Of a DNA stretch of 64,000 nucleotides, positions 39,492 through 50,900 are shown one piece after another. How positions within the stretch are numbered: the stretch's first letter is position 1; the number at the start of each line of letters is the position of its first letter. Under the pieces are notes generated by a model. It was not told the DNA's origin and made no database searches. It saw only the letters and a program-made list of their open reading frames with translations. The stretch is from a virus (lineage: Duplodnaviria > Heunggongvirae > Uroviricota > Caudoviricetes): IMG/VR virus record IMGVR_UViG_2698536484_000026; one strand, 5' to 3'. A program made the translations under genes and the position numbers.

Positions 39492-41066
39492 ATGGAATTG
39501 AACGACAAACAAATTAAGGATCTGGTGGCGCGACGCCACCCGGAATACGAAAAGAAAAAAGAACATTGGGACTTCCTCGCCAGCACTTACGCTGGCGGGC
39601 GTGGTTGGTTTACAGACAATATCTTTCGTTACTTTAAAGAGGGAGATCAGGAGTTTAAGGAGCGAGTTGAACGTGCTTATCGCTTCAACCACACTCGTGA
39701 GGTGGTAAACCTCATCAACAAATATCTCTTTAAAGAAGACATTCATAGAAATATCGAAGAGGCACCAGAGCAGATCCGCAATTTCTGGAAACGTGCGACT
39801 CGCCAGAATGCCTCTATTGACTCATTTATGGCCGCTATTGATTTGCAGTCGTCTATTTACGGTCGCATATGGGTTGTTGTCGATAGCACGATGAGTGGTG
39901 ATGTTGAGTCAGTAGCTGACGAGAAAAAGAAAGATGCTCGCGCCTACGCCTACTGGATTTCACCTCAGCAAATGCTGGATGTGGCATGGGACGACGACGG
40001 GAATATGTTGTGGGCGTTAATTGTGGAAGTCGCTCGTGATGACGCAGATCCTTTTACTTCTACAGGTCAGGAATACCAACGTTATCGTCTGTGGACACAA
40101 AACGAGTGGTATCTGTTCCGTGAGGAAGTGAAGAAGGGCGCTGGTGGAGCAGGTCGCCGTCAGGCAAAAGTTATTTTAGAGGATAGCGGTGAGCATAATC
40201 TCGGCGTAGTTCCTGTGTTTCCTGTTGATTGTATTGGAGAAAGTGAATCACCGTATTTCAGCCCATCGTTGATCGATGATATCGCTTATCTTGATCGTGC
40301 GGTTGCAAACTATCTGTCAAACCTTGATGCCATTATTCAGGATCAGACATTTAGCCAGTTGGCTATACCGGTACAGTCGCTTTTACCTGGTGATGAAAAC
40401 CACACTAAAGTGCTTGAAATGGGCACAAAGCGAGTCTTCACCTACGATTCTGAAGGTGGAAACCAGCCGTTTTATCTGTCACCAGACCCGAAACAAGCTC
40501 AGATGATCATCACTACGATTAAGACGGTGATTAACGAAATCTACCATTCAGTTGGTGTAGCTGGTGAGCGAACGAAGCAGGACAACGCACAGGGAATCGA
40601 TAATTCATCTGGTGCCGCAAAAATGTATGACTTCCAGCGTGTAAATAGCTTGCTTGTCACAAAAGCAGAGCGTCTGGAAAGGGCTGAACGCCAAATCATG
40701 CTACTGGTTGCGAAATGGATGGGGGTAGATCTGGACGAAGACCACTCTTTAATTGCGTATCCAGAAAGTTTCGATATTCGTGGCCTTACTGATGAATTTT
40801 CTGTTGCCGAGAAACTGTCATTACTTCAGGCACCGGACTCTGTACGTCGTCACCAGATGGAAATGCTTATTGAGAAGATTTTCCCGAACATTACTGAGGC
40901 GATGAAAAAGGAATTTGATAAAGATCTCTTGAATTTTCCTCCAAAAAATGATCTAAACACCCTTGAAAATAAGTCGGTGCTTACTTATGATCGTGGTGCA
41001 GCCCAAGAAAGCGGGCAAGATCAACCCCGAGGGAATGGGGACTCATCTACTCAAGAGAACGAGTGA
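39492..41066 (+). CDS. Portal protein
   Basis: 524-aa ORF immediately after TerL; acidic C-terminus; assignment by position and size. Confidence 0.65.
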   Translation: MELNDKQIKDLVARRHPEYEKKKEHWDFLASTYAGGRGWFTDNIFRYFKEGDQEFKERVERAYRFNHTREVVNLINKYLFKEDIHRNIEEAPEQIRNFWKRATRQNASIDSFMAAIDLQSSIYGRIWVVVDSTMSGDVESVADEKKKDARAYAYWISPQQMLDVAWDDDGNMLWALIVEVARDDADPFTSTGQEYQRYRLWTQNEWYLFREEVKKGAGGAGRRQAKVILEDSGEHNLGVVPVFPVDCIGESESPYFSPSLIDDIAYLDRAVANYLSNLDAIIQDQTFSQLAIPVQSLLPGDENHTKVLEMGTKRVFTYDSEGGNQPFYLSPDPKQAQMIITTIKTVINEIYHSVGVAGERTKQDNAQGIDNSSGAAKMYDFQRVNSLLVTKAERLERAERQIMLLVAKWMGVDLDEDHSLIAYPESFDIRGLTDEFSVAEKLSLLQAPDSVRRHQMEMLIEKIFPNITEAMKKEFDKDLLNFPPKNDLNTLENKSVLTYDRGAAQESGQDQPRGNGDSSTQENE

Positions 41067-41087
41067 TAAGTAACAAAAGGAATTTTT

Positions 41088-41975
41088 ATGAATCTGTGGC
41101 AAATGCTTTTGGCCCGTCGTGGTCTGATGGATGTCGCTGAAGCGCATGAGCGTGGAGGCGCTGGCGGTGTAGCTGCTGATAATGAGCAGAGTACACAAGA
41201 TCCTGACAAACAGGGTGAACAAAAAGAGCAGCCGAAGGGCGATGACGAATACGCTGGCATGACTCAGGAAGAGTTACTGGCCGAACTTCGTAAAACCAAG
41301 AAAGCTGGTGCTGAACTGCTGAAGGAGAACATGAAGCGCAAAGAGAAAGAGCGCACATTGGCCGATCAGCTTGCTCAGTACGGTGATATCGATCCGGCTC
41401 GTGCTCGCCAGCTTTTAGAAGCTGAACAGGCCGCAGAAAACGCACGTCGTGAGGCGGAGCAAGCTGAACTGGAGCGTCGTGGTGAGTTCGATGCTGTTAA
41501 AAAACAGATGATCGAAGCACACCAGGCAGAGCTGGCACAGCGTGACGAACGTTATGCAGCACTGGAAAGTGAAAACGCATCACTGAAATCTCAATTAGTC
41601 GAGATGACCGTGGGCGCTTCCTTCAGTAACTCTCTCTTCCTACGTGACAAAGTTCTGATGACCCCGGCAAAAGCCCGCGTGATCTACGGTTCTCATTTTG
41701 AAGTGGGTGAAGACGGTAGCGTAGTGGGTTATGACAAACCGGCAGGTCACAAAGAACGAGCTGTTCTGGTTGACGGTGAAGGTAAGCCGTTGCCGTTTGA
41801 ATCCGCGATTGAACGCATTGTGCGGGCAGATCCGGAAGCTGACGCATTGATGCGTAGCGAAGCCAAGCAGGGTGTAGGCTCACATTCCAAATCGACCTAC
41901 ACAATATCCCAACCGAAGAACAAGTCGACTATGGATAAGTTGGCCTCCGGTCTGGGGAAAATTGGACTTAAGTAA
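41088..41975 (+). CDS. Scaffolding protein
   Basis: Charged coiled-coil-rich protein between portal and capsid genes. Confidence 0.55.
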   Translation: MNLWQMLLARRGLMDVAEAHERGGAGGVAADNEQSTQDPDKQGEQKEQPKGDDEYAGMTQEELLAELRKTKKAGAELLKENMKRKEKERTLADQLAQYGDIDPARARQLLEAEQAAENARREAEQAELERRGEFDAVKKQMIEAHQAELAQRDERYAALESENASLKSQLVEMTVGASFSNSLFLRDKVLMTPAKARVIYGSHFEVGEDGSVVGYDKPAGHKERAVLVDGEGKPLPFESAIERIVRADPEADALMRSEAKQGVGSHSKSTYTISQPKNKSTMDKLASGLGKIGLK

Positions 41976-42000
41976 CATCTAAATCAAAGGGAATTGATAG

Positions 42001-42876
42001 ATGCCATTACTGCGTGAAGAAGCTGAAAAGCTGTCTAACAACGAACTTGAACAGGGTGTGATCGAAACTATCATCGATCGCGATGACCTGTTTGCCATCC
42101 TGCCTTTTATGAAAATTAATTCAAAGGCATATCTGTACAACCGTGAAAAAACGCTGAGTGAAGCTACCTTCATCGACGTTAACGACACCATCCCTGAAGG
42201 TGCAGCAACCTTCGAAGAATGCGTTGCGAAACTGCGTATTCTGGCTGGTGACGTAGACGTTGATAAATTCCTGGCGACCACTATGGCCGACACCAACAAC
42301 CAGTTGGCTATTCAGGTTCGTCAGAAAGTTAAAGGTCTGGCTCGTGCGTTCCGTCGCAACCTGATTTTGGGTGACTCCAGCTCCAACAACAAGGCGTTTG
42401 ACGGCATTCCACGCCTGATGCACGCAGATCAGAAGATCGATATCGCCGGTGCATCTATGACTTTCTCTATGTTCGACGAACTGGTCGATGCGGTGAAAGA
42501 TCTTGGTGCTGACTGCATCATGATGCGTTCAGAGCACCTGCGTGCTTACCGTGCGCTGCTGCGTACAGTAAATGTAGGTCCGTCTGAAATCATGATGGAG
42601 AACTTCGGTCGTCCGATGCTGTGTCATAACGGCGTTCCGTTCATCATCAACGACTTCATCCCGACCGATTCTGGCAAAGCAAGCATCTACTGCCTGCATC
42701 TGTCAGAAGAGAACGGCGTTACTGGTCTGTATGGCGGCGACAACGCAGGTATCGTTGTTGAAAACATTGGTACTGTACAGAACAAAGACGCAGTACGTAC
42801 CCGTGTGAAGTGGTACTGCTCTCTGGCGAATAAGCACGATAAGGCTATCGCTGCACTGACCAATGTAAAAATTTAA
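42001..42876 (+). CDS. Major capsid protein
   Basis: Position after scaffold; followed by strong terminator. Confidence 0.6.
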   Translation: MPLLREEAEKLSNNELEQGVIETIIDRDDLFAILPFMKINSKAYLYNREKTLSEATFIDVNDTIPEGAATFEECVAKLRILAGDVDVDKFLATTMADTNNQLAIQVRQKVKGLARAFRRNLILGDSSSNNKAFDGIPRLMHADQKIDIAGASMTFSMFDELVDAVKDLGADCIMMRSEHLRAYRALLRTVNVGPSEIMMENFGRPMLCHNGVPFIINDFIPTDSGKASIYCLHLSEENGVTGLYGGDNAGIVVENIGTVQNKDAVRTRVKWYCSLANKHDKAIAALTNVKI

Positions 42877-42908
42877 TCAGTGAAGTAGATAGGTAATTAT
42901 CTATGTTA

Positions 42909-42937
42909 AAGGGTGGGCTATACGCCCACCCTTTTTG
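42909..42937 (+). terminator. Rho-independent terminator after capsid gene
   Basis: gggtgggc...gcccaccc stem followed by TTTTT. Confidence 0.55.
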
Positions 42938-42949
42938 TAGGAGCGAGAA

Positions 42950-43870
42950 ATGCCAGAACAAAAGATGAAGATTACGGAAGAGGCATTTTCGGATTTTACG
43001 GGGCATATGTGCCGTGCCGGATTTACCAATTCTATCTCCGATGAACCTTTAACCGAGCGGCAACAAAGTCAGCTATCTGCTTGTTTGCAGGCGGTTCCCC
43101 TCTCCCAATCCGTAAACATAACCCCGGCTTCACCGTCAGTTTTGGTTGGGAAAACTGTTCAACTTAGTGCAGGTATTAGTATGGGTAAGAGTGCCAGTTC
43201 ATTCACCTGGAAGTCAGCAAATGACCAAATTGCAACCGTTAATGGCACTGGATTAGTAACTGGCGTAGCACCAGGCAAAGTAAAAATTACTGCAACTGAT
43301 CAGGAAACCCAGCTTTCCGCGTCAGTGGAAGTCACCGTAAATCCGGTAGCCGTTCAATCCGTAACGGTAACGCCAGACTCAACCTCTGTTGAGAAAGGGA
43401 AATCAGTCAGTCTGAAAGCGAATGTTCAGCCGTCAAATGCGACGAATAAGGCAGTTACTTGGTCTTCCAAAAATGAAGACAAGGCAACGGTAGACCAGAG
43501 CGGGAACGTTACTGGTGTAGAAGTTGGCACTGCGACGATTGAGATCGTTTCCCAAGATGGCAGCAAAAAGGGAACTGCAACGGTGGAAGTAACTGCGCCT
43601 GTTGTGGCTGTTACCGGCGTCGAAATCGACCCAAATAGCACAACCGTTGAGGCAAACAAAACTGTTCAGCTGACCGCAAATGTCGAGCCGGCAGGAGCAA
43701 CAAATAAAACCGTTACTTGGGAATCCAAAAATACCGAGTTTGCAACGGTGGATAGCGAAACCGGTGTTGTAACTGGCGTTGCGGCTGGTACTGCCACAAT
43801 CGAGGTTACTACCCAAGATGGTAGCCACAAAGCGACAGCGACCGTAGAAGTCACTGCTGCACAGGAATAA
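42950..43870 (+). CDS. Ig-like (Big_2-type) repeat protein, probable capsid decoration protein
   Basis: Three tandem Ig-like repeats of about 90 aa (VTVTPDSTSVEKGKSVSLKANV...ATV... pattern). Confidence 0.6.
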   Translation: MPEQKMKITEEAFSDFTGHMCRAGFTNSISDEPLTERQQSQLSACLQAVPLSQSVNITPASPSVLVGKTVQLSAGISMGKSASSFTWKSANDQIATVNGTGLVTGVAPGKVKITATDQETQLSASVEVTVNPVAVQSVTVTPDSTSVEKGKSVSLKANVQPSNATNKAVTWSSKNEDKATVDQSGNVTGVEVGTATIEIVSQDGSKKGTATVEVTAPVVAVTGVEIDPNSTTVEANKTVQLTANVEPAGATNKTVTWESKNTEFATVDSETGVVTGVAAGTATIEVTTQDGSHKATATVEVTAAQE

Positions 43871-43914
43871 TCAATATTGGGCGGCGAAAGCCGCCCATGT
43901 AGAGAGAATGCGTT

Positions 43915-44349
43915 ATGAAACCAGCAAAAATTGTTTTATTAGAACCGCAATTTTCCGGTTATTCGGGAATGTTGTGCGGCGTTCAGTTCGAGAACGGGGT
44001 GTCCGTAGCGGAGTTGCCTTTTATCGATCAGCAAAGGATTTGTGCCTCAATGCGAGCATCAACAGTCGAGGGCAAAAATGTTTCTCCGTCTGCCGCATAC
44101 AGTGATCGTGGCGAGTTGACCGCAGACCTGATTACCGAGCCAGCAGCACCTGACATTGTGCCAATGAAACGTGGGACACCAGATGAACCGGCCAAACAGA
44201 TTCAGACTTTCACACGAGAAGAGTTGGAGTCAATTGCAGACAATGAAGGCATTGCCGGTCTACGTGTGATTGGTAATCAGGTTGGTGTCAAAGCGAAAGG
44301 AATTGTCGAGATGATTGAAGGCATCCTGAAAGCACAAGGCGGTGAGTAA
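43915..44349 (+). CDS. Hypothetical structural-module protein
   Basis: ORF in head-tail joining region. Confidence 0.4.
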   Translation: MKPAKIVLLEPQFSGYSGMLCGVQFENGVSVAELPFIDQQRICASMRASTVEGKNVSPSAAYSDRGELTADLITEPAAPDIVPMKRGTPDEPAKQIQTFTREELESIADNEGIAGLRVIGNQVGVKAKGIVEMIEGILKAQGGE

Positions 44350-45182
44350 TGGCGCAGATCGACTCGTATCGTAGCGGTGAAGCTGTTTCCCTTTCATTTG
44401 CCTTCAACGTGCTGGATATCGAATCTGCTACCTACACAGTAAAGGACAGCACCGGGGCTATTCTCGTTGATGGCGAGCCGCTAGAAATTACCAGCGGTCA
44501 AATGTCGATTCCGGTTGTCGTGTCGGCTGAATATAACCAGCTCTCTGAGAAAGAACGCGATCTGCGGTACGTCATTGTGAAGGCTGTTGCATCGGGTCTG
44601 ACGCATGAAGAGCGGCAAATGTATGTTCTGCTGAATAGTTTTGAACTGTCGATACCAGAACAGTCGTTTGCAACTGTCGCTGATGCTCAAATGCAGGCGA
44701 TCGATATGCTGAATGGGGACACTTTGCTGTCGGATGGTGAAGGCTTAATGCGCAAGCGTCTCATTGAGGCTACCAGACGAATTAAAACTTTACCGTTCTC
44801 AATCCGCAAAATTCTACGTATCGACTTTGACCGATACGATCGCCCTCAAAATATGCTGAATGTGTATGACATTCCGTGGGGAGCAGATGGAGCGTACCGG
44901 CATGATTTAGTCGATTGGGAAAAGATGACGCAGGAGAAGTTTGAAGAGTTCCCTGACTACTTCAAAGAAGCGTTGATGCTTGCCGTTGTCAACGAAGCGT
45001 GTGAGATCGCAAATGGCAATGATGTTGCCGCAGCACGAGAGGATGGCATTTTGTCAGAGTCAATCGGTGAAACAACCAACATGTACCGTACCGGTAAAGC
45101 TGCAAACGTTCATGTGGCTCGCAGTACCTGGCGCTTGCTGGTCAGTTACATCAACAACCGTATGATTGTTCGCCGTGCGTAA
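44349..45182 (+). CDS. Hypothetical head-tail connector region protein
   Basis: Coupled ORF in structural module. Confidence 0.4.
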   Translation: MAQIDSYRSGEAVSLSFAFNVLDIESATYTVKDSTGAILVDGEPLEITSGQMSIPVVVSAEYNQLSEKERDLRYVIVKAVASGLTHEERQMYVLLNSFELSIPEQSFATVADAQMQAIDMLNGDTLLSDGEGLMRKRLIEATRRIKTLPFSIRKILRIDFDRYDRPQNMLNVYDIPWGADGAYRHDLVDWEKMTQEKFEEFPDYFKEALMLAVVNEACEIANGNDVAAAREDGILSESIGETTNMYRTGKAANVHVARSTWRLLVSYINNRMIVRRA

Positions 45183-45261
45183 CGCCAGTCGCATTATTTA
45201 CTTTTGGTCGAAAGGGTTTTTGGCCAGTAATGAGAGCGACCGACAACAACAGAGAGAGAGC

Positions 45262-45606
45262 ATGAATATTTCGTGGCAAACAGAAATTGCGATCTACCGC
45301 TTTGGCGCAAAGAACGTTTACGGCGAGGCACAATTACAATTCGTCAGGAAGACGAATGTCGGCGTGGTTAAGTTCGAACAGAGTAATGAGAAATCGTCAG
45401 TTCGTGCTGATAGCTCTGGTAGTCGTGGTAAGGCGAGTCTGGAGCTGTTTGATGCTGTGTTAGTTGTCCCTTTAGAAGCGGCTGTACAACTTGATGATGT
45501 GCTGATCCTTGAAGGTCAAAAATTAAAGGTGTCCAGTGTTCATCGCCGCTGGGGGCTACGAGGAAGACCTGGGCATCTTGAAGTGGGGGCGAATATATGG
45601 GTCTGA
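45262..45606 (+). CDS. Hypothetical head-tail joining protein
   Basis: ATG at 45262 within ORF 45166-45606. Confidence 0.35.
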   Translation: MNISWQTEIAIYRFGAKNVYGEAQLQFVRKTNVGVVKFEQSNEKSSVRADSSGSRGKASLELFDAVLVVPLEAAVQLDDVLILEGQKLKVSSVHRRWGLRGRPGHLEVGANIWV

Positions 45607-46070
45607 AATACGATGCGCATCAGTTCAAACGTGCGGGGAATAGACTCAATAACAGCCAGAAAGCATTTAAGCGATATCTTATTCGGGACATGGAAAAGCT
45701 GGCGCGTTTGGTTGAGCGTCTCAGCCGTGCAATGGCCCCGCTGGAAACCGGATCTCTGGAGACAGCCATCTTTGCCAGGGTGATTAAAGAAGGTTATTCA
45801 GGGCTGCGCATTGAGCTTTCTGTGTCTGGAGCAAAACCACGTCAGGGGCATCCGGGCGTAGAAGTCGGTGACTATGCTAAGTACATGGAGCTGGGTAAAT
45901 ACCGACTCGGTTATCTTTCTCGAATGAAGAACGTGACAAACCCACCAATTGCCGGTGTTAAACCTCGTGTTGGGCCACACTTTCTGGAAAGAGCGGTGGA
46001 AATTAGCGAGAAGCAGTTCTCAGAAGCGATTCTTGAGGCTGCCAGAAAAGCCGGTTTTACGAGAGGTTAA
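45597..46070 (+). CDS. Hypothetical head-tail joining protein
   Basis: Coupled ORF. Confidence 0.4.
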   Translation: MGLKYDAHQFKRAGNRLNNSQKAFKRYLIRDMEKLARLVERLSRAMAPLETGSLETAIFARVIKEGYSGLRIELSVSGAKPRQGHPGVEVGDYAKYMELGKYRLGYLSRMKNVTNPPIAGVKPRVGPHFLERAVEISEKQFSEAILEAARKAGFTRG

Positions 46071-46071
46071 T

Positions 46072-46455
46072 GTGTTTATTGAAGCGTTTGCAAGTTTGAT
46101 GCAGAAGGCAAAGATTGGCACGGTCGGGACTGACATTTTCTGTCACTACTTGCCTGCCAATGTGAAATCTGGCGTCCTGCTTATTAACCCAAATACCGGT
46201 ATCAGCATCGATCATGAGCTACAGGGCTTTTACCACGAATCATTCACAATAATTGTGCGTGGTTCGTCAATTACTACGACGGTTGAGAAAGCCAATAAAA
46301 TCATTGAGATGTTTCCAGTAGAGGAAACGGAATCTGGTGGTGTTTATTTTCGACTGGTACGACCGATTGCGATGCCAATCATTTATCCCAAAAATGATGG
46401 AGCATTAATAGAAGCAGGCATTCCTGTTGAATTTGCTGGCTATTTATTGAATTAA
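46072..46455 (+). CDS. Hypothetical tail completion/terminator-like protein (GTG start)
   Basis: ORF immediately upstream of major tail gene. Confidence 0.35.
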   Translation: MFIEAFASLMQKAKIGTVGTDIFCHYLPANVKSGVLLINPNTGISIDHELQGFYHESFTIIVRGSSITTTVEKANKIIEMFPVEETESGGVYFRLVRPIAMPIIYPKNDGALIEAGIPVEFAGYLLN

Positions 46456-46529
46456 GTTAATAGGTAAGCATATACTTACTATTAGCGCAATGAATGCGTA
46501 GAATTAACGGAAAAAGGAGTTTTCCATCA

Positions 46530-47276
46530 ATGTCTAATACCCATGTAAAAAACATCAAACTTGGTGCCTGTAAGGTGTCGTTTGGTGGTGTGGATTTGGG
46601 TTACACCAAAGGTGGTGTTCAGGTTGAAGTAGCCACTGAAACGCTGAAAGTCACTGTCGACCAGCACGGCCAGACAATTATGTCCGAGCTGGTGCAGGGT
46701 CGTAACATTACCATTACTGCGCCGCTGGCCGAGTCTGTGTTGAAAAATATGGTTGATCTGATGCCGGGGTCTACTCTGAACGAAGACGACAACGCTGTGA
46801 CCATCACTTCCGCACAGGGTGTCAACCTGATCGACGTAGCCAAAGAGCTGGTTCTGACTCCGCAGGACACTACCGACTACGTTCTGACCATCCCGAAAGC
46901 TGCGACCGCAGGTAACTTCACCATGACTTACCAGTCTGATGATGTTCGTGTGTTCTCTGTTCAGTTCAGTGCGTACCCTGATGACGAAGGCGTTCTGGGA
47001 AGAATGAGCGGCCCTAAACCGGTAAAAACCGTGTCGATCAAACCGGAATCTCCAACTGTAAAAGCAGGGGAGACTGTGCAACTGACAGCAGAAATCACTC
47101 CAGATGATGCCGCAGATAAAACCGGTGTTTGGGAATCCGAAGACCAGGAAAAGGCCACGGTAGATCAAACGGGTCTGGTACGTGGTGTGGCGCAGGGTAC
47201 TGCAAACATCTCCTTCACCAGCAATAGCGGCGCTAAGAAGACAACTAAGTCAGTAACGATTAACTCCGCAGATTAA
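46530..47276 (+). CDS. Major tail protein (lambda gpV-like) with C-terminal Ig-like domain
   Basis: Size and C-terminal Big_2-like domain as in lambda V; followed by terminator hairpin. Confidence 0.7.
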   Translation: MSNTHVKNIKLGACKVSFGGVDLGYTKGGVQVEVATETLKVTVDQHGQTIMSELVQGRNITITAPLAESVLKNMVDLMPGSTLNEDDNAVTITSAQGVNLIDVAKELVLTPQDTTDYVLTIPKAATAGNFTMTYQSDDVRVFSVQFSAYPDDEGVLGRMSGPKPVKTVSIKPESPTVKAGETVQLTAEITPDDAADKTGVWESEDQEKATVDQTGLVRGVAQGTANISFTSNSGAKKTTKSVTINSAD

Positions 47277-47331
47277 TCAGTAATTAAGCAGAGGCTCAGG
47301 ATGAGCCTCTCTTTTAAAAGGATTTAAACCA

Positions 47332-47649
47332 ATGACCAAATTACTCGATCTCGATTCCATTCTGCCTCCGAAGAAAAGCATCAAATTTGGCGGTCAGGAA
47401 TATCCCATCGTTGAAATGACGGTAGGTTTGTTCGTTTCCATCAAGCAGATGGAAGGCAAAGATCTCATGAACATGTCTCCTGTTGAGCAAGTGACAGCTT
47501 ATGCAGATCTGGTTCGTAAGGTTATCCCTTCAGTGCCTGATGAAGTTCTTGAAAAACTGACTGTTCCGCAACTCCAGCAGATCTTCACCTTCGCTATGGA
47601 AGTGATTGATGAAGAAAACGAAAAAGCGGCTGGCGAAGGGGCAAAGTAA
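47332..47649 (+). CDS. Tail assembly chaperone (gpG-like)
   Basis: Small acidic protein between major tail and tape measure genes. Confidence 0.5.
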   Translation: MTKLLDLDSILPPKKSIKFGGQEYPIVEMTVGLFVSIKQMEGKDLMNMSPVEQVTAYADLVRKVIPSVPDEVLEKLTVPQLQQIFTFAMEVIDEENEKAAGEGAK

Positions 47650-47729
47650 TTTCCCGCGATGAATCCGGGACAAGGACCGTCTCAATAGATCTCGGATTCT
47701 ATTTCAGTCGTGTAGTTGCTCACTACGCC

Positions 47730-47999
47730 GTGTCGCCATTAGAGCTACTGAACGTTCCTCTCACGATGTTCTGGATGCTCAGTCGCAATATAGACCGTCT
47801 GCGTGCGGAAGAGGATGTCCGCAACTTACAAGTCGCTCGTGCGTCCCAGGCGGATGGCGAGGCTGTGAAGGCGTTCATGGAGGGTTTGCAACTCAGGATT
47901 GGAAGACCAGTCGTAACAGATAAAGTCTACGATCCAAGCCAGGATAAGGCAGACCCTGACGCCAAAGAGCAACTGATGCAAATATTTGGCAGAGGATGA
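47730..47999 (+). CDS. Possible gpT-like segment of a G/GT frameshift product
   Basis: -1 frame relative to 47332-47649 is open from 47613; overlaps tape measure start. Confidence 0.35.
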   Translation: MSPLELLNVPLTMFWMLSRNIDRLRAEEDVRNLQVARASQADGEAVKAFMEGLQLRIGRPVVTDKVYDPSQDKADPDAKEQLMQIFGRG

Positions 48000-50900
48000 C
48001 AAGGGAATGTCACAAAACGTAGAGTTTATCCTGTCGCTGGAAGACAAACAGTTTACAGCGTCAATCGATCGTGCGGGGAAACTGCTTACTCGATTTGGTG
48101 AGCAGGTAACAAAGCCTGCTCAAAAAATCCAAACCTTTGAACGCTCTTTGGGTTCGGTCGCCCGTATCATTGGCGTTCTGGAAAGCAAGCTCGATTCTAC
48201 GGCAGATAAACTACAGGATGTAGCTGCCGGTTTTGAGCTTGCTTCAGATGCTACGCGTAAAATGCGTGGCAACATCACCAGCCTCAATTCTGGTCTTAAA
48301 GCCCTGATTGAGCGCGTCGATACGACAACTTCTTCAGTAGATAAACTCACCGCGTCATTACGTAAAGTGCAATCAGAGCTAAATGATTTCTCTGATTGGG
48401 CGACCTATGCAAGCAAAAGCGCAAGCCGCTTTGGTACGGAGGTCAAAGAAGCCTCTGCGTCCGTGAGTGGCATGAATACGCGCCTTAATACCACGACGAA
48501 GCGACTCAGTAATTGGGGTGTCACAACGAGTCAGGCTGCCGAGGGACTGAAAAAGGTTCGTGAGCAGATGGACGAAGTTATCGGACGTCAGCAACTGATT
48601 AGCAAGCCGGTACGCGTTCGTACATCTGGAAGTGGCGATGGTGGTAGCGGGCGGCGTAGCGGCGCTTCTGGCCATAGCGGTAAAAGTAACGAAGGAGGTA
48701 TGTTCTCTGGCCTTCGTGGCAACATTTTCCTGCTTGGCGAGATCGGAGATGCAGCCAGAACGGTTACTGACATCATGTTTGGGTGGCAGAAGCCTATTGT
48801 TGAAGCTGCGGCCGAAATGGAACGTATGCGGGTGATGCTTCGAGGGTTGAATAAGGAGAAGTCCAACCCGGGCCAGGCTGCCGCTGATGATATGAAGTAC
48901 ATCGTAGACATGGCTCAAAATGCGCCGTTCGCGATGCAGGCGTTAACAGACTCCTTCGTGAAGTTTCGTTCTGCTGGCTTAGATCCAACCGATGGTTCTC
49001 TGAAGGCGCTGGTGGACTCCGTTGCTCGTTTTGGTGGTGATAGTGAGCTGTTGAAACGTGCGGCTGTGGCCGTTCAGCAGATGTCCGGTAAGGGCGTTGT
49101 GTCAATGGAAGAGCTACGTCAGCAATTAGGTGAAGCCGTTCCTAACGCGATGCAGGCAATGGCAGACGCCGCAGGCATCACTATGGGGGAACTGACTAAA
49201 GCCGTTGCCAGCGGTACGGTTGAGGCAAAACAGGCGTTGTCTCTGATGTTTGTTGGTCTGCGTGCGGAGAATGAGAACGCAGCGAAAGACATGATGCAAA
49301 CCTACACAGGTGCGCTGGCGCAACTTCAGACGTCATTCACGTTATTTGCTGATCGGGTTGGTCAGGCCGGATATCTGGATTCTCTATCGAAGGGGATGAA
49401 AGAACTGGCTTCAATCATGAATAGCGCCGAAGGGATTTCGTTTGCCAATTCTTTAGGTTCGGGGTTAACAACGGCAATCGATGGGTTGCGTCAGCTTGCT
49501 CAATGGTTAGCAAAGAACCAAGAGCTGGTAATTAATCTCGGTAAGGTCGTGGCCGCGATGGTTGCGTTCAAACTGATGCGAGCAGGGATCATGGGGGTAG
49601 TTGGCGCAGGCAGCCAGATGGTTAGCACCTTTGCCACGATGGCGACAGCCATACAGACTCCATTTAACCTCGGCGCTACAGCAGTAACCCGATTCAATCG
49701 TGCGGCACGTATGGAGCTGGCTCCGATCCCCTCTCTTATTTTCGCCATCCGTGGGGCGATTACGGGGCTTAAAGGCGCTTTTGCTGGATTAACGGCGTTC
49801 ATTGCAGCAAACCCTATAGGGGCAGCATTTACAGTTGCCACTGTAGCTGTTGCTGGCCTAATCACGTACATGACCATGCTCCGCAGCGAAACTTCAAAGG
49901 TCGTTGACGAGATTAGGAAAATACCAGAAGCGATGACAGCGGCCAAACGTGCACAGATGGCGGAGTATAAAGCGCGTCTTGAGCAACAAATCACGCAAAA
50001 GGAACAAGAGTTAAAATCTGGCGAAAAGGTGGTTTATGGGCCGGGTATGGCCGGAACTACAGTAAAGATTAATCAGGATGAACGTAAGCGTATAGAAAAT
50101 GAGCTAAATGACCTTCGTAAGAAACGCGATAAAACTACTGGGGCAATTGAACGCGGAGACATTGCTGTAGCCAAACGTCTTGCAAAAGATGCGGCAGAAT
50201 CACAGATAGAGAAAATACGGGAAGAGAATAGAGACTTTGCGGCAACATTCGTGAAAGCCCGGCAGGAGGCTCTGGATAAGATCCAGAAAATCAATGATGA
50301 CGGTTCACTTTCAGATGACGAAAAGAACAAGCTATTGGCACCGTTACGTGAAACGGTAAACAAAAGCTATCTGGAGCCTGCGCAAAAACTGGTTGATTCA
50401 CTTTCTTCTCGTAAGAATGCGACCGAGAAGCAAATTGCGACTCTTAATGATCAGCTTGAAAAAGCCAAAAAGGATGGAAATACCGAGCAGATCCAGAAAC
50501 TGCAAGGCAGTATTCGTGGTTATCAGGAGCATTTGGAAGCCGTTGCTCAGGAGCTGACTCAGGCAGAGTTCGAGAGAGATAACGCGGCCAAAACTGGTAA
50601 GGGCGTAATGTCAAACCAGGGGACTGTTCTTGGGTTAGGTACAACTGATAAAGCTGCTCAGAAGGCGCTGGCGCAATATATGCGAAACCAGATGGATTCT
50701 GCGACTTATCAACGTACTTTGCCTGACGGCACTCCGATGATGGACTTCGAAGGTAAGCCGATTATTGGGCCTAAACAACTCAAGACGCAGCTTAATTTGC
50801 AGAAAGCATCCAGCGCCAGCTCTCTGGAGAAAATGAGCGATGAAGAGCGTGCCGCAGCTATTGCTGCACTGACTAAAGCTCGTGAACAGGATGCAGCAGC

